Position numbers and translations under genes: made by a program. A DNA stretch of 64,000 nt from an uncultured Phycisphaerales bacterium (lineage in GTDB: Bacteria; Planctomycetota; Phycisphaerae; Tepidisphaerales; Tepidisphaeraceae), in NCBI GenBank assembly GCA_963755915.1, contig CAVWLP010000002.1, forward strand, positions 352,001 to 416,000. Direction: 5' to 3'. Each line of letters begins with the position of its first letter. Position 1 is the first letter of the stretch. This document shows, piece after piece, positions 60,478-64,000 of this stretch. The notes below the pieces were generated by a model. The model saw nothing but the letters and a program-made list of their open reading frames with translations, did not search any database and was not told where the DNA came from.

Positions 60478-61011
60478 GTGAGTATGACGGAGGCTTCGAC
60501 ATTGTCTGCGCGGACGCGGGCGAAGGGCGCCGGGCTGCTGTGCGCGATTGGGGTGTTCAAGTTATTCAAGGGACTGCTCCTGATCGCGGTGGCGATTTCG
60601 GTTTTCAAGCTGGTTCACAAAGATCTGGCCGCGGAGATTATCGAATTTTCGCGGAAGCTGCACATCGCGCCGGGTAATCAAATTGTGCAGAGACTGATCG
60701 ATCGCGTGCTGACGGTTACCAATCGCCAGCTTGTGGTGCTGGGGATCGTGCTGCTCGTCTATTCAATGATGTTTATCGTGGAGGGGACAGGGCTGCTGCT
60801 GCTGAAGCACTGGGCGGAATGGATGACGGTAATCACAACGTCCGGGCTGATTCCGCTTGAAGTGTATGAAATGATCCGGAAGGTGAGCTGGCTGAAAGCG
60901 TCGGCGCTGTTTGTGAACGTGGTGATCGCGGTTTATCTGGCGATGCACGTCCGCAACGAGATGATCGAAAAGAAGCGCCGTCGGGGCAGAAGCTCAGCCC
61001 CACTGAAATGA
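60478..61011 (+). CDS. DUF2127 family membrane protein
   Basis: IGVFKLFKG, VEGTGL..WAEW, IPLEVYE. Confidence 0.88.
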   Translation: MSMTEASTLSARTRAKGAGLLCAIGVFKLFKGLLLIAVAISVFKLVHKDLAAEIIEFSRKLHIAPGNQIVQRLIDRVLTVTNRQLVVLGIVLLVYSMMFIVEGTGLLLLKHWAEWMTVITTSGLIPLEVYEMIRKVSWLKASALFVNVVIAVYLAMHVRNEMIEKKRRRGRSSAPLK

Positions 61012-61400
61012 AACCGGCATCTGCACGTCGGGGTGAATGCTTTCGTGAACGGGGCAAATTAACGCGGCACTTTGAAGATTCTGCTGCTGCTGCGGGGTGA
61101 GTTTCGCGGGGACGCGGATGGTTACGGCCAGGGCGCGATGCGGCGCACGGGGGTTTGCACCATTTCCTTGGTGACGGTAACGGTGGAACCGGAGAGATCG
61201 ATCTCCATTCGCTGGGCAGCAATTCCCATGATCGTCATCATGCAAGTACCGAGCGCGGTGGCCACAAGGTCTGTGGGGGAAAAGGATTGGCCGTTGCCCA
61301 TGTTGTCTTTGGGCGCATCGGTGATGAGGGTTGCGCCGGAATCGACGTGTCGCGCAACACAGCGGAGTTTTCCTTCGTAGGCGATTTGAATTTCGGTCAT
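60994..61400 (-). CDS. OsmC family protein; frameshift ~61135
   Basis: TDAPKDNMGNG.SFSPTDL..LGTC; second Cys in CPVHES in the other frame. Confidence 0.88.
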
Positions 61401-61655
61401 TTTTTAAACCTTTTTTTTCTTGCGCTGATTTTATTTTGAAAGACGAGCCCAAAATTTACCTTAACGCACCTTTCCCATTTTACCGGAAATTTTTGTGGAG
61501 ACGGTCAAAGGAAAAAATTTTGATTTTTCGCTTGTTTTCGCCTTGCGATCATTTTCGCATTGTTCTATTTGGATGTTCCTGATTCGGGTATCGGTTCGGG
61601 CTGAATCGAAGAAGTTCCCGAATTTAAATTAGTTTTGTTCTCATAAGGAGACGTG

Positions 61656-64000
61656 ATGGCACGAGGTAATCGTCCAGGGAGATTTTGCGCATCTGTTTTT
61701 GGCCATAATTCGCCGGCGCCCGTGCCGAACCGTAAAGCCCGCAAAGCCGTTCGCCGCAGGATGATCGCTCCGGCGGCGTATTTCACCGGGCTGGAAGAGC
61801 TGGAAGCGCGGGTTTTGCTTAGCGCCTCTCCAACCCTGATCAACGGCGTGCTTACCTGCACTGGAACCGCGGAACAAACGAACACCATTGACGTTGCCCT
61901 CTCGACGGATGGGAGCACGATTACGGCCACCGTCGATGGCGTGAGCAAGAGCTGCACGGCTTCCTCGGTCGATTCCCTGGTGATCAACGCCGGGACACGC
62001 AGCGATAGCATCAAGGTCGATTCGAACATTCGGATCGACGAAACGATTACCGAGGGGAAAGGCGCGCCGGCATCGGCGGGCAACAGCGGCAGCACGCCCA
62101 GCAGCCCCAGCGGGCCTTCGAGCTCCGGCAGCGGATCGACTACCATCGGAACTTCCAATCCGGGTAGTGGTGCGTCAAGCAGTGGGACATCGAGCAGTGG
62201 TACGTCGAGCAGCGGATCCTCAAACAGCGGGTCATCCAGCAGCGGATCATCGAATAGCGGATCATCGGGACTGAGTTCTTCAGGCCTCGGTTCTTCGGGC
62301 AGCTCGTCGCCGGGCACGTCAAGCTCGGGCAGTAGCTCATCCGGCTCCGGCACCAGCACCTCGGGCAGCAGCTCATCCGGTTTGGGGAGCAGCACCTCGG
62401 GCAATTCGTCGAGCGGGTCGTCTAATTCCGGCAGCAGCTCATCGGGCACAGGCTCATCCGGCACAGGTTCATCCGGCACAAGCTCATCTGGGACCGGATC
62501 GTCCGGCAGCAGCACTTCGGGATCGGGCGGCAGTTCGTCGGGCGCGTCTTCGAGCGGGTCGTCAAATTCTGGCAGCAGTTCGTCGAGCACCGGATCGTCG
62601 CCGACCGGCCCGATTGCTCCGCCACCGCCGAGGCTGGGGAACGGCAACGCGCCGGGGTCCAGCAGCAGCAGCGGCTCCTCCGGATCGACAAGCGGGTCGT
62701 CGAGCAGCGGAACGTCCAGCAGCGGAACCTCGAACAGCGGCTCGTCGAACTCCGGCAGCTCCAGCAGCGGTTCTTCAACAAGCGGATCATCAAGCACGGG
62801 CTCTTCGGCCAGCGGCTCATCCAGCAGCAGCGCATCCAACTCCGGTTCGTCCAGCTCCGGCAGTTCTACCAGCGGGAATGGATCATCCGGCAGCTCTGCC
62901 TCCAGCAGCGGCTCGTCGAACACCGGCTCATCCACGAGCGGTTCATCGAGCAGCGGCTCAAACGGAAGCGGCTCGACCGGCACTCCGACCGCCACGAGCG
63001 GTCCAGGCACTCCCTCGCCGGTGATCACGGTCACCAGCCCCTCGACGGTTCTTCCGCTGGAATCGGTGAACGTTCAGGCGGTAAATTCGAACTTCGGCGA
63101 CGGGACGATCCTGAACAGCACGATCACCTGGAATTTCGGCGACTCCGGCTCGGAGTACAACACGCTGGTCGGCTTCAATGCCGCCCACGCGTATGCGAAT
63201 CCCGGGACTTATACGATCACCCTGTCGATCACCACGCCGGACGGCAACGTGGGCGTGACGACGACGCAGGTGACGATCGAGCCGGACAATCGCCCGACGA
63301 TTTACGTTTCACCGAATGGCAACGACGCGAATGACGGGTCGTCGCCGAGTGATCCGGTACAGAGCCTGGCGGCTGTGCAGAATCTGCTGACGAGCAACGA
63401 GCGCGTGCTCTTCCAGGCCGGCGGCGTTTATTCCTACAGCGGGGCCAACGCCCTGAACCTCGGCGGCTTGAGCGACGTTTACATCGGATCCTATGGGTCC
63501 GGCGCCGCTCCCGTTATCTACTACAACGGCGCAGCCGTCGGTGGGACGATGATCGGGCTCTCCAACACCAGCAGCGGAATCGTCGTGCAGGGACTTCAGT
63601 TCGATTCCATCTACACTAACAACGACGATATCCAGGCAATTCCGACGGCGTTCATCGCCAACGGAAATGACGTCAGCATTCTCAACGACACGTTTTTGAA
63701 CGTGGCCGACGACATCAACCTCGTGCTGGCGCCCACGAATTACCTGATCCAGGACAACTCTTCGCCCAACACCAGCGACTTGAGCGGATATTTCGGCTGG
63801 GTGGCGGGAAGCGAGATTGTGTTCCTCGGCAACACCGTCTCCGGCTCCGCAGGCGAGGCGGACATGCGCGTCGCGGGCGTGACCGACCTGGAGCTGGCGT
63901 ACAACAACTTCACCAATCCGCCGGAGAATTCCGGTGGAACGGTTTCGAAGAACACGCTTTCGACGCAGGTCGGGCAGTATATTTATGCCTATCGCAACAC
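61656..64000 (+). CDS. Large secreted protein, 3' partial: Ser/Gly-rich linker, PKD domain and probable beta-helix domain
   Basis: AAGGAG RBS; LEELEARVLLS motif; WNFGD..HAYANPGTY in the same frame; IYVSPNGNDANDG; absent from the ORF track, consistent with running off the window. Confidence 0.85.
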   Translation, partial: MARGNRPGRFCASVFGHNSPAPVPNRKARKAVRRRMIAPAAYFTGLEELEARVLLSASPTLINGVLTCTGTAEQTNTIDVALSTDGSTITATVDGVSKSCTASSVDSLVINAGTRSDSIKVDSNIRIDETITEGKGAPASAGNSGSTPSSPSGPSSSGSGSTTIGTSNPGSGASSSGTSSSGTSSSGSSNSGSSSSGSSNSGSSGLSSSGLGSSGSSSPGTSSSGSSSSGSGTSTSGSSSSGLGSSTSGNSSSGSSNSGSSSSGTGSSGTGSSGTSSSGTGSSGSSTSGSGGSSSGASSSGSSNSGSSSSSTGSSPTGPIAPPPPRLGNGNAPGSSSSSGSSGSTSGSSSSGTSSSGTSNSGSSNSGSSSSGSSTSGSSSTGSSASGSSSSSASNSGSSSSGSSTSGNGSSGSSASSSGSSNTGSSTSGSSSSGSNGSGSTGTPTATSGPGTPSPVITVTSPSTVLPLESVNVQAVNSNFGDGTILNSTITWNFGDSGSEYNTLVGFNAAHAYANPGTYTITLSITTPDGNVGVTTTQVTIEPDNRPTIYVSPNGNDANDGSSPSDPVQSLAAVQNLLTSNERVLFQAGGVYSYSGANALNLGGLSDVYIGSYGSGAAPVIYYNGAAVGGTMIGLSNTSSGIVVQGLQFDSIYTNNDDIQAIPTAFIANGNDVSILNDTFLNVADDINLVLAPTNYLIQDNSSPNTSDLSGYFGWVAGSEIVFLGNTVSGSAGEADMRVAGVTDLELAYNNFTNPPENSGGTVSKNTLSTQVGQYIYAYRN

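Noticed and set aside
62075..63010. Periodic repeats as a possible CRISPR array
   Set aside because: Degenerate in-frame coding repeats with no unique spacers and no cas genes
61565..63034. 489-aa minus-strand Pro/Glu/Leu/Asp-rich ORF
   Set aside because: Antisense shadow of the Ser/Gly repeat of the + strand gene, which has an RBS, a secretion motif and a PKD domain

Overview
GC-rich bacterial chromosomal segment, most likely Planctomycetota (Phycisphaerae/Tepidisphaerales-like). This is inferred from three secreted proteins with the planctomycete LE-x-R-x-LL N-terminal motif, dockerin-like GDANLDG repeats and an ECF sigma factor with a membrane-anchored C-terminal extension. About 65 CDS are present. 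They include gmhA, proB, sthA, ilvN, lipA and mltA, an MlaFED-like operon translationally coupled to an RsbW-like kinase/STAS pair, and a DUF3299/DUF2231/prenyltransferase-fold cluster beside a two-component system. A CGNR-regulator stress cluster, an ArsR-SRPBCC pair with a visible operator and three large surface proteins complete the set. About 14 genes carry apparent single-base frameshifts, most likely long-read assembly errors. I saw no rRNA, tRNA or CRISPR array. The intergenic DNA holds several dispersed palindromic repeat families: a ~380-bp inverted-repeat element in two copies, a 24-27-nt hairpin that sits inserted inside other repeats, a REP apparently translated in-frame in a lipoprotein, and an unexplained ~110-bp repeat with a 25-bp invariant core. 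The most promising system-level hypotheses are a kinase-controlled STAS (MlaB-like) subunit of an MCE transporter, the nested REP-in-REP element, and the DUF3299 cluster. All family assignments come from motif recognition by eye; no database searches were run.
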